64,000 nucleotides of DNA from NCBI GenBank assembly GCA_013265495.1, contig MU061579.1, positions 959,159 to 1,023,158 on the forward strand, written 5' to 3'. The position numbers were made by a program, and so were the translations under genes. How positions within the stretch are numbered: the stretch's first letter is position 1; the number at the start of each line of letters is the position of its first letter. The notes beneath the pieces are model-generated. The model was given only the letters and a program-made list of their open reading frames with translations. It did not search any database and had not been told where the DNA came from. Shown piece after piece: positions 38,345 to 52,359 of the stretch. Origin of the DNA: Vicugna vicugna. Taxonomy: Eukaryota.

Positions 38345-38450
38345 CTGATTGGTCCTTAAAGACAGGAACTATTTCTTAATTGTTTTTATCCCCAGTGCCT
38401 GGCATAGTGCATGATTTATCTAGTAAATGTTTAGTAAATATATGTAGACT
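38345..38450 (+). mobile_element. L2 3' terminus
   Basis: ccttaaagacaggaact...tatccccagtgcctggcatagtgc...agtaaatgttt. Confidence 0.7.
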
Positions 38451-39879
38451 AATTAAACACACACACACCTCAAAGGACAGAGATAATTAATGAAACTTCC
38501 CAATTTGCCTAACTCATATGTCAAAATTTTGAATCACAATATTATAGCTGTACCAAACCATCTGTCAAGACTGTCTCACATAGGATTTTAGTATTTAATC
38601 AAATGAAAGAATATGCTGTGAAGTTTTATTTTCTAGTACATGTTCATGTATCTCTTCTGTACTGGACCCTCCTGTAGATTTCAAAGGAGACTTGCTCAGC
38701 AGTGCTAACAGCACAGGAATAAGAGTTTGATGAAAACAATATTCTATATTTTTAAGTTATTAATTCAATACCTAAGGGGAAAAAAAGAGGAATGAGAGAA
38801 GGAATTCTGGTATTATACTACACTGACTTTAAATGCAGCAAAGCAAGTTTTCCACAATTATCTTTACTTTCTTTTAATTCAGTGAGTTTTCTAGATAAGA
38901 AAATACTTTCCCATATGCATTAATGTTAGTTCATAGAGTAATTTATATACACTGAACACTTTAAATTCTGTTTCTCCTCTTCTTCCTTAATTTTTTTATT
39001 AATTCCTTTTCTTATTCTTGCTTCTCAAATAATATATATGCATATGGAGTATATATAACATAGCAGTTGTATAAGACATAACTGTAGGCACTTTTAAGCA
39101 ACATGCTAACCCTGAGATATTGTCACTAGGAAACTTCTAATGCCATTTCAAAATATCCATTAGAAATAGGCAAAAGTTTCTTCTTTCATTTTTTTGCTTT
39201 TAGTTGTGGGGAAAAAGTCATTTCAGTGTTGTGACCTTAAAGGTTGATTTTTTTATTTTGATTTTGCTTGTGACAGTCTCTAGAATATACAATTTTAAAT
39301 TCAGGAGGATTATAAAATTTTTTGATTTAACATATTTGATGCATTCCCGAAGATAGATAATGCAGACATTTGCCTTCGTCAAGTTATCTGTAAAACTGTA
39401 TATATTCTAATCATAGTGTGTGATGTTTATTAATGATTTTATTTCTTTAACATGGCATCTAGCATAGAGCTCGAAAGAGAATTATTACTCAAGATGTATC
39501 TATAGTGTGACTTTAGTAAAAGTTTATAATGTCAAAATGAAAGTGTTTAGTACTTTTTTTTTTGATAATTTCAGGCATTATAACCTTAAAATATAATAAT
39601 GAGAGACTTGAGAAAGAACATATTTACTGGATTGGATAATTCAGATCATTGATAAAATTCCCTTTGCTTTTTAAATGGAATCTTATACCAATTATTTCTT
39701 AGTATCAGACAAAGATTCCCTTATAGTTACTGTTCAGGATGCATGTAATTTTGTACAAGTGAATTGGTCTCCACTATATTATAGGGATTGACTATCTCTG
39801 GAATTACTCAAGGTGAGACTAGAATATCACTTTTTAAAACTGATAAAATATTTCGATGAGACTAAATGCTAAATACTTG

Positions 39880-40425
39880 CTACTAAAATACAGTCAATTC
39901 ATGTTACTTCTTGCCTTGAAATCTTTGGTGTTTGCTCTTTGCTTTAAAGATAGATTAAAAACATGTTAAATTGTCTTATAAATCTATGTATAGTTGGATT
40001 TATTGATTTTTTTAGCCTCTAATCTTACCACTCACCAGTTCAAATTCTTGGCTTCAACTATTTTGAATTATTAACTCATCATATATTCCATGATCCTGTC
40101 TCCAGTCCTTGTAAAGATGTTTGATTATCCTTAATTATCATTTTCTTCTCTTTCACTTTGTCCATATCTACAAATCCCCTAGGTTTCACTTTCCTTCCGA
40201 TAATAGTCCTGCAGGTATTCTAAGATGAGATTCAATGTCACGTGTAGCTCCATAGCGTCTAGTATTTGGGCAGATGGTGACATTTCAGCCACTGAAATTT
40301 TCTATTACCTTGTCTGCATTGATCCACCAGACTGTAAAAATCTTGAACTATTAAATAATTGTACTTCATTCATTTTTGTATCCCAGCAACTGGCAGAGTG
40401 TTAGGCACTCCACATTCTACAAATA
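39880..40425 (+). mobile_element. L2 3' region
   Basis: catgttacttcttgccttgaaat...ccagactgtaa...cttcattcatttttgtatcccagca...ggcagagtg. Confidence 0.65.
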
Positions 40426-43201
40426 GTATATATAAATTCTCTCACACACACACATTCATAATATCCTACACAGAAGAGATTGATGAGATTATTTTTTATT
40501 CTGATGTGCCAGGGAAACTTGTATATGAGAATGCTAGGTAGACACCTCGAAATAACTTTATGTGGCCAGCTAAACAATGACCACAGCAGAATATGCCAGT
40601 TACTGCTACTGATTCAAACATATGCCAAGCCTAGTGAGATTTGAAAGCATCTTTAGATTTACCATATCTGTTTCCTCTTTTCTTCATCCAGGGAGAATTA
40701 CTTGACGAATCAGTTGATTCATCTTTAAATCGACACATTATTTCATATTCGTAACAGTAAGACAGTGGTTAAAAATGTACAAAAATTAATTCTTAAAACA
40801 AATTTAGTATGTGTATTGTTATGGAAAAATTAATCTATTAATACTTATTATGGAGAATTAATCTACAGTACCAATGAGAAAAACGTCTTGAAATACAAAC
40901 ACAGTTTCAATATTATTATATTGAGGTACAAACACAGTTAGTCTCAATAAAGCCTCCTTATATTTTGGTCTCACTGACAACTCACCTCCTGTCAATGAAA
41001 ATTCTTTAACATCAGTCCATGATTTATATCTAAATATTCTGGGCTTATTGCCAGTGTGTGCCCTCTGTATTTAGCTAAATTTTAATTCGTGTGTATTGTA
41101 TTATTTCTCTATTGCTTAATAAGCTGTAGTTTTTACCTATTTATTTTTCTAAATAAACCACTTATGAAATAACTATATATGTTTATACTTATAAAACTGT
41201 TGTATTTTGATAAATATTCATAAAATGTAAATATGGATTCATGATGTTTTGATGTGAAAAAATTTTGTGTCTCAGTCTCATAATCATTAATTCTTGAGGA
41301 TTTGATACTGTCTATACATCTGAGTATCTGGAAGAGGATAAATTCAATTAATATGTAGTTAAAACAATGCACACATGCATTAAAATGTAAAATGCAATTA
41401 TACTTTCATTTGATCAATAAATGGTAAATTGTTGATTTATATTCAGTTACTGGATAGTTGACCTGTGAAATATGATTTTCTAAAACTAGAGGACAAAAAA
41501 ACTAAATTCCCTCTGCCATTCTTTCAGAATTTTTCTCTTCTTAAAAGGTCAAAGAGAAGCATGTATCCCAAACCATGTTTTACTACAGTTTAATTAGAGT
41601 ATGTGTTTTATGCAACCCTCTCTTTATGTGAATTTTAAGATCCCCAGTTTGATCAGGGAAGTGGATTCTAAAAATAGTTTCATATGAAATTTAAATAATT
41701 AACTTACCAGAAGCACATTTTCAAAAGTCTTTACTACATTCAGTTACCCTCCAAAATATGAAGTACCCAAGACTAGAACTTGAGAGGTCTTTTATTTGGA
41801 AGGTGGTCCCAAGAGCTTTACTGATAGTGTGCTGTATTAAAAAGCATACTGAATTGAATGCCTTCCAGAAGCATGCAGTTGAAAGATGGAAGGCTGGAGC
41901 ATTATCCAAAGTTTCCATTTGCTAACTAACATCCAAGAGTTGTCCCACACTTCTGGGCTAGAAGTTTCACCAGGATCTAAATTTCTAGAAGCCTTGGGTC
42001 CTGGAGCACATCTGGAAAAACTCATAAATATGCTTGAGATTGATACTTAAAGTCAAGGTGAATCAGTATGTTGGCACAGTTTGGCTGAAATCAAAGATTA
42101 CCCAAAGGGATGTGACATTGGTACCTAAAACACCTGCTACATCTGCTTTCTGTAGAACAGACATAACTCTAGGTGCTTAGGATACACTGGTGAGTAATAC
42201 AAACAAAAGTCCGAGCTGTTATGGAGCTCCGATCCTGGTAATGGTAAAATGCTCAAGTTGAATTGGATGAAGATTTGGTTAAATATATCCTTTTGTTATT
42301 TGACTGAGATTTGAAATTGTGAATAATTTGCAACATTTCACAATAAACCTTTCCCTTAGAAGCATTTACCTCTATTGTGATGTTGTTTTCCTTTTGGGAA
42401 ACACAGGAAATTACACTGATATTCAACGATAAGAAATAATAGTGCTAAGACATTATTATTAAATTATGTATAAATATCTTCATAATCAGAACATAGCATT
42501 TTTATGCTAACATGTGTATTTGTTGAATATAGGAAAAAAATTCTGTGTATAACATAAACAGTATCTTTCCTGAACTAAAAATTAGAATATTGTGATTTGG
42601 ATTTCTTATCATTTGTATGGCTTCACATGAAATTTTATAACTGACAGCATAAACAAAAATCACTATATTTATTATCTTAATTTGTCCCCATTTTTTGCAG
42701 ATATTAAAATCCATAAAAAGGACTAACATCATAGTCAAGTGTTTTCCAAAATGGGAAAAAAATGCAAGTTCAGATACCCAAGGCAATTATTATAAGATCT
42801 ACCATAAAGATAGAATATTTTTAAAAATTAGTTGAAATAAGGAAAATAAATTTTTTAATCTATAGTAATTGTTTCAATAAACAAATCTACAGGCTATCTT
42901 GTCTCTATTGTTCTTGCACCAAAACACTCAAAAATACTTTTGACCAGCTTGTTAATTTGCTAGTGCCAGTGTCTAGGAAGCTCCAAAATACTGAAATAAG
43001 ATTCCATTTAACTACGCACCCAGAGCTTCTCAAAGTAGCTATAAATTGGAATTAAAAAATAATATTTATTTGAAAAGAATGCTTGAGATCTTGAAGTAGT
43101 GATAATATTCAATACACCCTTTCAAGGAGAAATTTCTACTTTGGTTGTGCAGATAGAAGGAGACATCCATTTATAATATTTGGGCTAATTGCACTGCATC
43201 C

Positions 43202-43748
43202 TGTGGTAGGCACACTATTTTACAGAGAAGGCCACAACAGTAACTTCAATCCCACATTGTGATTTTGCCATTTTTATGAAGCATAAAGGGAACTCTTCTT
43301 CATCTTATGAATCTGAGTGAATCTATTGCTACTTTGTAACCAGTGGAAAGTAATGGAAGTGACACTGTTTAACTTCAGAGACTAGTTCATAAACAACAGT
43401 GGACCATTGCTTTTTTTGATTAGACAGATATTTTGGGGCCCAGAGCTACTATATAAGAAGCCCTGTGGTATGAGGAACCCTAAACTAGCCCATGAAGAGA
43501 GATCATATAAAGAGACTTTTAGACTAAACAAGGAGTGGGGGAGGGAGGGAGGGAGAGACAGAGAGAGAGTGAGAGAGACACACGCCTGGTAAATTTACCC
43601 AACTCTTTCAGCTCTGGTCTGTACCTGAAGGCAGTTACATGAGAGAGAGACAGAACCATCTCCCTGAACCCTTTCTGAATTCCTGATTCACAGAAACTGT
43701 AAGAGACAATACAATTATTGTTGATGTTTTAGGGAGATAAGCAAAACA
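43202..43748 (+). mobile_element. MaLR LTR (MLT1H/G-like)
   Basis: tgtggtagg start...atggaagtgacactgt...acttcagagactag...gaattcctgattcacagaaactgtaagagacaata. Confidence 0.8.
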
Positions 43749-44605
43749 CTCCTTAAGGAGAATGCCGATCACTTTTCCATTTGTTTAAAAATCATTTCCA
43801 CCATGCCTTTACCCCTATAATAGAAAGTCTGAATGTAAGTGCTTAATATATATATTTATTAATAATTAAATTTACTTTAAAGGAATGATGTATTTGTACC
43901 TAAAATTCCTTCAAGTACTTGAACCCAGAAAATCATAGACTATTTCCACACAAAACTGCAAATATATATATATGTAAAATAGACAGTTAAAAGACAGTAT
44001 AAACTAGAAACTGATAATGCATCTTATTTTTTTTCTTCATCATTAGCTGAGAAGATGCACAAATTGTTCATTAGATACTGGCTTCAACTAATAAAAGAGT
44101 TTTATATAGGTAAATGTGTAGTTTGAGTCAATAAGTCAGTATCTAGAAATTTTAAATGTTTTCATGAGTTACTATGAGGTAAGTAATTTCTCAGGCCATT
44201 GCTGGATGGTTAAATCTTACTTTTGCAACTCACGGAAATACCTGAAATATCTGAAAGCTTAGTTACCAAAATTACTATAATAATTATAAGCATAGCAAAA
44301 CACTAAGGAAGTAGATTCAAGAGATATAAAGTGAACTTAATGGGTAAAAACCATTTATCTTACATACAAACAATACTTGATAGTTTCTTTTGATTATGCA
44401 TAAAGGCCTTCCTAGTGCACTGACATCTATGTCCTTCCATTCAGATTGCGCAAGGTGTCCGTCTGCATACTTTGGAAATGGTCCAAGAATTTTCCAAGAT
44501 ATAACTCAATTAACCTGCTACCTTTTTTTCCCCCAAAATTTCTCCAAATTCTCTGTTTCTTGAACTACAGTCTTTTATTTCTCAGTTTCAAAAAATCTAC
44601 ATACT

Positions 44606-45128
44606 ATGTGTTAGCATTATCAGCTATTCTTTCCTGTGTACAAATCTCTCCAAAACTCAGTAGTTTCATACAAAGGCCATATATTTTTACTGATGAGTCT
44701 ATGATGAGTCTATGAGTCATCTGGTGGTTTTACTGATGTAATTCTCACCTGTCAACTGAGTTTGCTCTTATGTTTCAGTCGATTGAGTGCTGGGTGGTCT
44801 AAGATAGCATCACTTGCATAATTGGTGGTTGGCTTGCAATCATCTGGGACCAAGGAGAGACTACGTGTCTACTATTCTCCTTTAGTCTAGCCAGGGCTTC
44901 TTCACAAGGGGCTTACAGACTTTGAGTCCTAAGTCAGAACTGGTAAATCTCTTTTACTACTTCCTATAGACCGTAGCAAGCCACAAAGCCAGTCCATGTT
45001 CCATGGATGCAGAAACAGACAAATACTTAAACTTCATCTGTCAAAGGAAGCCTTTTAATCCCTGATTCAATTGAGCAAAAATACTGGTTGAGAAATAACT
45101 ATATCATTTTTGCAAATATTCTACCATA
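44606..45128 (-). mobile_element. MaLR LTR (MLT1G/H-like)
   Basis: ctccaaaactcagtag...tggtctaagatagc...ctagccagggcttcttcaca...agcaagccacaaagccag...ctaccata. Confidence 0.75.
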
Positions 45129-45519
45129 GAAGTCTAATGGCCAGCTAGGGGTCATGTTACCAAAAGAGAGAAGGAATGTAATTGCTTTCTCTGACAGTCA
45201 CCTTTTTGCCTCTGGACCCTTTCTTATATTTGTTTTTCTCATCAGATTTATTTTTTATACCCACTGCGATATCAAGTGATGATAACAAAAACAACAATAA
45301 TAACACTAATGATATTAGTTAATATTTATTGGACACTTACCATCTGCTGGTTACTATACTAAATTATTTATAAACATGACTTATTTATTATTTATTCCCC
45401 TCAGCAATTGTATATAGTAAACACATTTATTACAGTATAAAATTATGAATGAATAAGTGCACACAATTTTTATTATTTATTTATTATTATTATTAATTTG
45501 TCTCAGAATAAAAGCAAGC

Positions 45520-46200
45520 AATTGTACATTGGCATATAAGGATGTGCACACAGAAAATTCTTTGATTGCATCTTCTGTTATCCCTTTCTGTCACTCCACT
45601 ACAGAAACTCTGGCCTCCTTTCTCATTCCAAAGCAAGACAGACAATATCCCTGTGCAGCGGGCTTTCCACCTGCCTGGAGCAATTCTGCCAGATGAATGA
45701 ATAGATTTTTTTCCTCACTTCCCTCCATTCTTTTCACATACAGTACTTTCTGAATGAGGTCCACCCTGACCATTTTATTTACTATTTTAACCTATTCTCC
45801 ACTTCCTCTTCCCTAACCCATCCTTCTGTTCTCTACTATGACTTGTCACCTTCCAGCACATTATAAAATGTACTGTTAGAATTGAGGTCGACAAACTATG
45901 TCCCATAGAACAAGTCCAGCCCTACTTCTCTTTTTGTAAACAAAGTTTAATTGGAACATAGCCACACTCATATATTTATGTATTCACTAGGGATGCTTTT
46001 ATGATACGATGGCTGAGTTGAGTACTTGTAACAGAAATGTAAGACTCAAAAAGCTGAAAATATTTACTATGTGAATCTTTTGAGGAAAAAATATTCTGAC
46101 CTTTGTCAATGTAAACTCCAAAAAGGCAGGGAGACATACTTTGATTACTGATGTGTTCCAATGTCTAGAAAAACAAATTAATGTTTTTTGAATGAACTAA
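45520..46200 (+). mobile_element. L2 3' region interrupted by MER58A
   Basis: actctggcctcctttct...ctgcctgga...tgaatgaggtccaccctgacc, resumes aatgtaaactcc...aggcagggag...tttgaatgaa. Confidence 0.7.
45880..46106. mobile_element. MER58A-like DNA transposon
   Basis: ggtcgacaaacta...ttttgtaaacaaagtttaattggaacatagccacactca...ggctgagttgagta...aagctgaaaatatttactat. Confidence 0.85.
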
Positions 46201-48149
46201 TTTTCCAGGCTACTCCTCTGTAGTATGTATCTATATACTAACACTGTTGTAAATACTTTGGGCATAAATTCATGTAACATAGGAGGGAGAATTTTGAGGT
46301 GGACAACATAACACAGTTTGAAAATATTTCCAAACACAGTATAGCTTTATTTTATGACTTGCTTGATACAATGGACTAATTTTTCCATACTAGAGTTTAC
46401 TATTGAGATATTTTTCTGACATATATCTTGATGTTTTTCCCAATATATTATCTTTTAAAGTCAAATTAAAGGTTCATATCTTTTTGTCAATCCCTTTCCC
46501 AACTATTTCAGTCTAAAATATGTAATATCTGCTTAATTTCTGTATCTCCTGATAATTCTACTATAGACATGAAAATTTGTTATATTTCTAACTTAAGTTT
46601 TCTGGATAGAGATACAGTCTTCCCTCAAACTACTTTTAAAATACTGATTTCTTAAATGCTGGAATTTTGCCTTATGTTTCTCTACAGTGACTACTTGGAA
46701 TTCACTAGTTATTCCACCAATACTTGATTTTATTGTCATCAAAATTTAGCTCTGCTAAAAATAATTTTGAACCTTTTAAGTACTTATCTTTATGTATAGA
46801 ATATTATACTTCTTATATTTCTTGAAATGGTAAAAGCAGCCAAATAAATATTTTTAAATATCATTAGAAGTCCCTCAAAAAGAGAACTTTTCAAATGCCC
46901 TGCCCTCACTTTCTTTATCCAAGGTGTAAATATCACATCCAAGCCTGTGTCATTCTACTCTGTTTCAGACAATATTAAAAAGTGTTGACACGTGAGAGGT
47001 GGATACAAGTTTTCATTTGAAAAACCATTCAACCTCAGAGTAGAAATGTTATTTCATGTAATTAGAGGAGTGAATTAAAGTCAGGATTTGTATGAAATCC
47101 AATTACTTTTAAGCTCCAATATAAGATGTATTATATTCATTCCCTTGTCAATTTGTGCAGACTTTTTTGTAAGACTCTGTGGGTACTAAGGTAACTAACA
47201 TTTGGTCCTTAATATCAAGGAGCCCAAAGATTCGGAGATATGGGCAGACACAGAGAGGTACCCATGAATTCACCCTGAATTCGACATTGACATGTGTATT
47301 TACAAGGTTTACATGGGCTGGGGTCAATCGACATAGGCAAAGATTTTACAATTAAGCTTGTTTTTCCGTTTGTTCTTTATAACCATACATAGGGATTAAC
47401 TTTACATGTTTTCTTCCCCCTAAGTTTCCTGTAATTTCATCGATTTCTAAAGCAAATTTTAAAAGACAATTTTTGGAAATTTCTATAAAAAATTGATAAA
47501 ATATCCCTTTCAAGATAATTCCTGGAACTACACAAATTGATTTAGTGAATGAAAGATATATATATTTTTAGCCTTTTTGAAAATTATTGCTTCAAGAAAA
47601 TTTGTAGAATCTGTATTCTCTTAATAATATTTGACATTGTCACTTTCCCTAATATACTGTCCCTGACTATTTTTGCTTTATGTGTTCTCTTTATATTCAA
47701 CGCAGTTGTTATATATAGCCACTATTTGGCAGCTATATAGTTTCCTGTGTGGCTATACAATTATCTATATGCACTTTATCTTGTTAATTATATTTCAGAC
47801 CCCATAATAGCAAGAAGAATGTTTTATTTATTTGCTATTACTCATCATCCTTAAAACAGTACTTTATTAGATACTCAAATATATTTTAAATGAATAATGT
47901 TTCTAAATTTTTCAATAAAAGAGATTTAATTGCTATTTTACTTCACTTCCATGTTAATAAGCCTTTAGGGGCAAACTCCCCGTCACATAGAATTGGTAAT
48001 TTCTTTATAATTATGTACCTTGAGGGCAAAACCCTGTATTTTTATTCTTAACATAAAAATTGAGATCTTATTCTTTCTTGTCTTCTACTAAAATGTTTAA
48101 CATATAGTACATGCTTGAGTCTTGGTTGAACTCATATTTGCTCCATCTG

Positions 48150-48500
48150 GAAGACACCTCCATCGGACATCTTCATCCTTTGCTCTCTCATTTCTTTCCA
48201 AATTTTGTTCAACATGATTTTATCAGAAAGAATTTCTTGGCCTATTTTATATAAAAAAAGCAAACTAGATCTCATATATTTATTTACCACATCCTTCTAC
48301 ATTATATTGTCTATATTCTTAATGCTCTCTGAAGATATCTATTCATCCTTCTATCTATATTGTTTATTTATCATCCCCAACCCAAGAATAATACTCTCAT
48401 GGAGGGTAAAGATTTTTGTCTGTTTCCATCCTGCTGTTTCCTTAGTTCATCAAATAGTACCCAACACATAGTAGGTATTCAATAAATATATTTTATTCAC
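48150..48500 (+). mobile_element. L2 3' region
   Basis: tcatggagggtaaagatttttgtctgttt...atagtacccaacacatagtaggtattcaataaata. Confidence 0.75.
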
Positions 48501-49689
48501 ACTACCAATTACACATTTTAAAAGTAAGACTGAAAATATTTTAAACATGGAATATGACTGATATTTTAGTATTTTTTAAATGTTAACTTGCATCCTAAGT
48601 GTGCAAGTATGAAAATAAAACATAATTTAACTTGCTATTAATTTAAGATTAAAACTTCTCTTTTTTAGCTCATTTTTGAAAACAATACTGAAAGTATAAG
48701 TATTCTAAATGTTTGTACTATCTATTCATAAGTGATTTTAAAAACAAAAAGATCAATCCAATATTAGTAAGAATATTAGGATTTCATTTTCATAAATTTC
48801 TAAGGTATACTGAGAAGAAAGAATCTCGTTTTATTCAAAGGAGTATCAAGACAAAAAATGTTTGCTCTAAACTATTTAATTAATGGTAGATTTAATGGCA
48901 GAAAATTAATGATTTTATTGAAGATGCTCATCATTAAATTAATCCCTAGAGTTTCAGTATTTTTATAACAGCACTACAAGAATTCTCATTCTGAATTAAA
49001 AAATGAAAACATGTGGCTGAGTATGTCATCGGTCCTTCTTATGATGCTTCTATGTTCTATCATTTTATTTTGTAACAGAATGAGGCTCCTTTAGCACAGA
49101 ATAAGAAGGAAAACAGACATATTTAAGAGCCAAAGTAATGCTTTTCATATATTTTTAATTGGTGACAGAATCTTCTAGTGAAACTGTCTACTTAACAACC
49201 TGGAAATTAGTAGCTTTCTAGGTATTATATAAGCTACTATTTTAATTATGGCCGTGAGTTGATTGAATCAATGGAACTGCAACCAAAGTATTAGACTAAC
49301 ATTTGCCCAAAGAGCTCTCTTGAGGAATGATTAGCTTTTTCTCTTGAAGAAGTAAAACAAAAAGCACGAAAACTTTTAGAAAACAGTGGTAGACATTAAA
49401 AGTTCACTAACTAAATGAGTACTTTTGAACCCCTAACACTTGCAAAATTTACTCCAAATATTGAGAATGTAGTCAACAAAACAAGACATGAATTCTTTGC
49501 AGCATGAAATTTAGATTCCAATGAAAAGAGAACAATGAACAGATTGGTAAATTAAATATTAAGTATGTCAGATGGTAATAAGATCTACAGAAATAAGCCA
49601 AGCAGGGAAGGGAATTTGACATGGGAGCATGAGGCATGGCCTGGGAGCTCTGGATTTCTTTTACACGTCATATCAACATACACAAGTGA

Positions 49690-50310
49690 TCACTTACTTG
49701 GAGGTAAAAATTATCAAATGTATGATTACATACTGAGTTATGGGTTATGGCCAGTGGTTTGGCTGGATGATCAGGGATGTAGATAAAATGTGACAGAAAA
49801 GTTAGTGACAAAAAATTTAGGAAAGGGATATCTGGATATACTTCTCTGAATGGGCAAAAAAGTGAATCTATTTGTGTCCCATGTGAATGCTCACCAAAGA
49901 CTGACCTCAGTAGAGGAGGATTTTAATCATCGAGCAGATAGAATGGCCTATAGTATGATTACCAGCCAAACTCTTTCCATAGCCAGCCCTGTCATCCCCA
50001 AATGGGCTCATAAACTTAGCAGACATGGTGCCACCAAGGATACAGGCTGCGTCCGCAGCTGAGCACCCAATCAGCTGCAGAGATCAGCACTGAGTCCCTG
50101 AAGTGGTACCATCCCCTGGGGTGGTCGGTCAGCTGCTGGGTACATGTTGAACTGGTTCCCTCATAGAAGGCACAGTGTTTTCTTTTTACTAAAATGGACA
50201 CTTACTCTGTCCATGGATTTGCCTTCTCTGCATATAGTGTTGCTGCCAACAATACCATCTGTGGACTTACAGGCTGTCTTGTCTACTGCTGTAGTTTTCT
50301 GATTAGAGAA
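49690..50310 (+). pseudogene. pol: ERVL pol fragment (RNase H to start of integrase), no LTRs visible
   Basis: ORF 49850-50062 VNLFVSHVNAHQRLTSVEEDFNHRADRM...SQTLSIASPVIPKWAHKLSRHG matches the ERVL motif VKIFVSHVNAHQRVTSAEEDFNNQVDRM...AQWAHEQSGHG. Confidence 0.9.
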
Positions 50311-51639
50311 CTAAATCTTCTGTTAGAACATATTTGGATGAGCTCTTGGGGATTAAAAGACCATCTTCATGTTGGAAACTAATGTTTTAGGAACAAATCA
50401 AGTGTAATGTACAGATACAAGTGAGTAAGAGTTCACGGATGATGTAAAACATGAATGGAACTTACAAGAGAACTAGATTTTCAGTACGTTGGAAAAATAA
50501 TTATGGAAAGTGAATATAATGCATTTGTCCCTTCTTCTAGTCATTTTTATGTGATTCCCTAAGCATAGAAAGCCATGATATTTCATTCTTCCCATGTCTT
50601 AAAGAAATGCTAAAGACATGGATGGTGATGAGACAAATAGTTCTTGCTTTATATATTACTTCTCTCTGTTGCCAAATACTTTGCTAACTCAAGGAATTAA
50701 AAAAAGTGTCATCCTCAGAGTGGACCATAAGAAGGGGCAACCTGATGAAATAGAACAGAAATAAGAATCCCACTGCAAGATAATTATAGAATCATGTACA
50801 AACCTTTAAAGGTTAATGAGCTCTCTAGAGAAGATGAATGACAGTGCTGGAATCCGTTGTCTGCCTATAATCCATTTTCAACATAATCCTAGTTGTGAAG
50901 ACTTGACATATTACAGGTAATTTGGGGTGAATGTTAACTGTGAAAATGGTAATTTAAGTATTGTGAGTGTAACTGATATTCAAAAAACATCATTTGGTCA
51001 AGAGATGAAACAAGAGAATTTAAAATTTAGTGACTAGAAAAACTAAAGCACACTTTAATGATAAGAAGCAAAGTAAATGACAGGAGGATGATCTTTGAAT
51101 TCATTCATCTAGAAAGGAGGTCAGATGAATCCTATCTTTTGAGTCCTCTTTTATGTGAATTTTTAAGTATATAATTAAGCAAAATTATTTCTTTCCAGTC
51201 AAATAGCGTCATGATAGGAAAGAAAAAAATGACACAAATAGAAAAATATTTAGCAAAATGCACCTAAAACACCTAGATTGATTTTACACTAGAGGCATAA
51301 AGTATGACACTTTTTGAAATAGAATATTCTACTTCATAGTTAATATAAGATCACACACTCTATAGCAAAACAAAGATTTTTAGCATGGACATATATGAGG
51401 GCAGTCAATTCATTAATTGAGGAATAAGTTAAAGAAAGAAAAATTTGTAAAATTAAAGTAATAAAATTAGTAAAATTAAATTTTGTATAATAAAGACAGA
51501 TTACTCAAACATTTTAAAAAATGTGTATTGCAAATAAGAGAAACCTTGATAAAATACATAAATTATTGCTTATATTTATGCTTGTCCTCATGTCAATCCG
51601 CATATGGAGAATCTTATTATTATTATTATTAATAATATA

Positions 51640-51885
51640 ATAAAGGGGGTAAATATTTACTGAAAATGATCCAATCCATTTTACTGCTCCAGTAACTGTG
51701 TTAATCACTTTAAGTGCATTATTTTAAGTGTGTTAGCAACTTTACAAAGTTTGTATTATTGTTATTAGTGATATTATATAATAAGGTTACTGAGATTTTC
51801 ATGGTTATGTGATTTATCCAAAGTCACATAGCAAGTAAGTTGAGAAATTCAAATTTTAATTCAAGAGGTTTCCAGTTAGAAATTG
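51640..51885 (-). mobile_element. MIR SINE
   Basis: atatttactga...actgaga...tggttatgtgatttatccaaagtcacatagcaagtaagt. Confidence 0.7.
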
Positions 51886-52030
51886 AATTTTTAACATTAT
51901 CACTTTGATATTCTCACTTTTATAAAAATTAAAATGAGACATAATAATTTTATTCAAATTTTAATGCTTAATAAAAGTGGCCAGAAATAGCTTTGTACTG
52001 GTCTATATAAATAAGTTATAAGGTGTTAGA

Positions 52031-52359
52031 TGTAGTTGGGTTCTCCAGAAAAGAAGCCAATAGTAGATAAATAGATAAATCTCTTTCCAGAAGACTGGAA
52101 ACTCAGGCAGGGTTTCCTTGTTGCAGTCTTGAGGAGAATTTTTTCTACTTTGGGAATCTTTAGTCTTTGCTTTTAGGACCTTCAGCTAATTGGATGAGGC
52201 CCACCTATATTATGGAAGACAATCTGCTTTACTCAAAATCTGATTTAAATATTAATCACATCTAAAACATAACTTTACAGCAACATTTGGACTGGTGTTT
52301 GACCGAAACAACTGGGCTCCATGGCCTAGAAAAATTGACAAATAAAATTAATCATCACA
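52031..52359 (-). mobile_element. ERVL LTR (MLT2D-like), internally shortened
   Basis: gggttctccagaaaa...ctggaaactcaggcagg...aattggatgaggcccac...aatctgctttactcaaa...aaattgacaaataaaattaatcatcaca. Confidence 0.85.
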
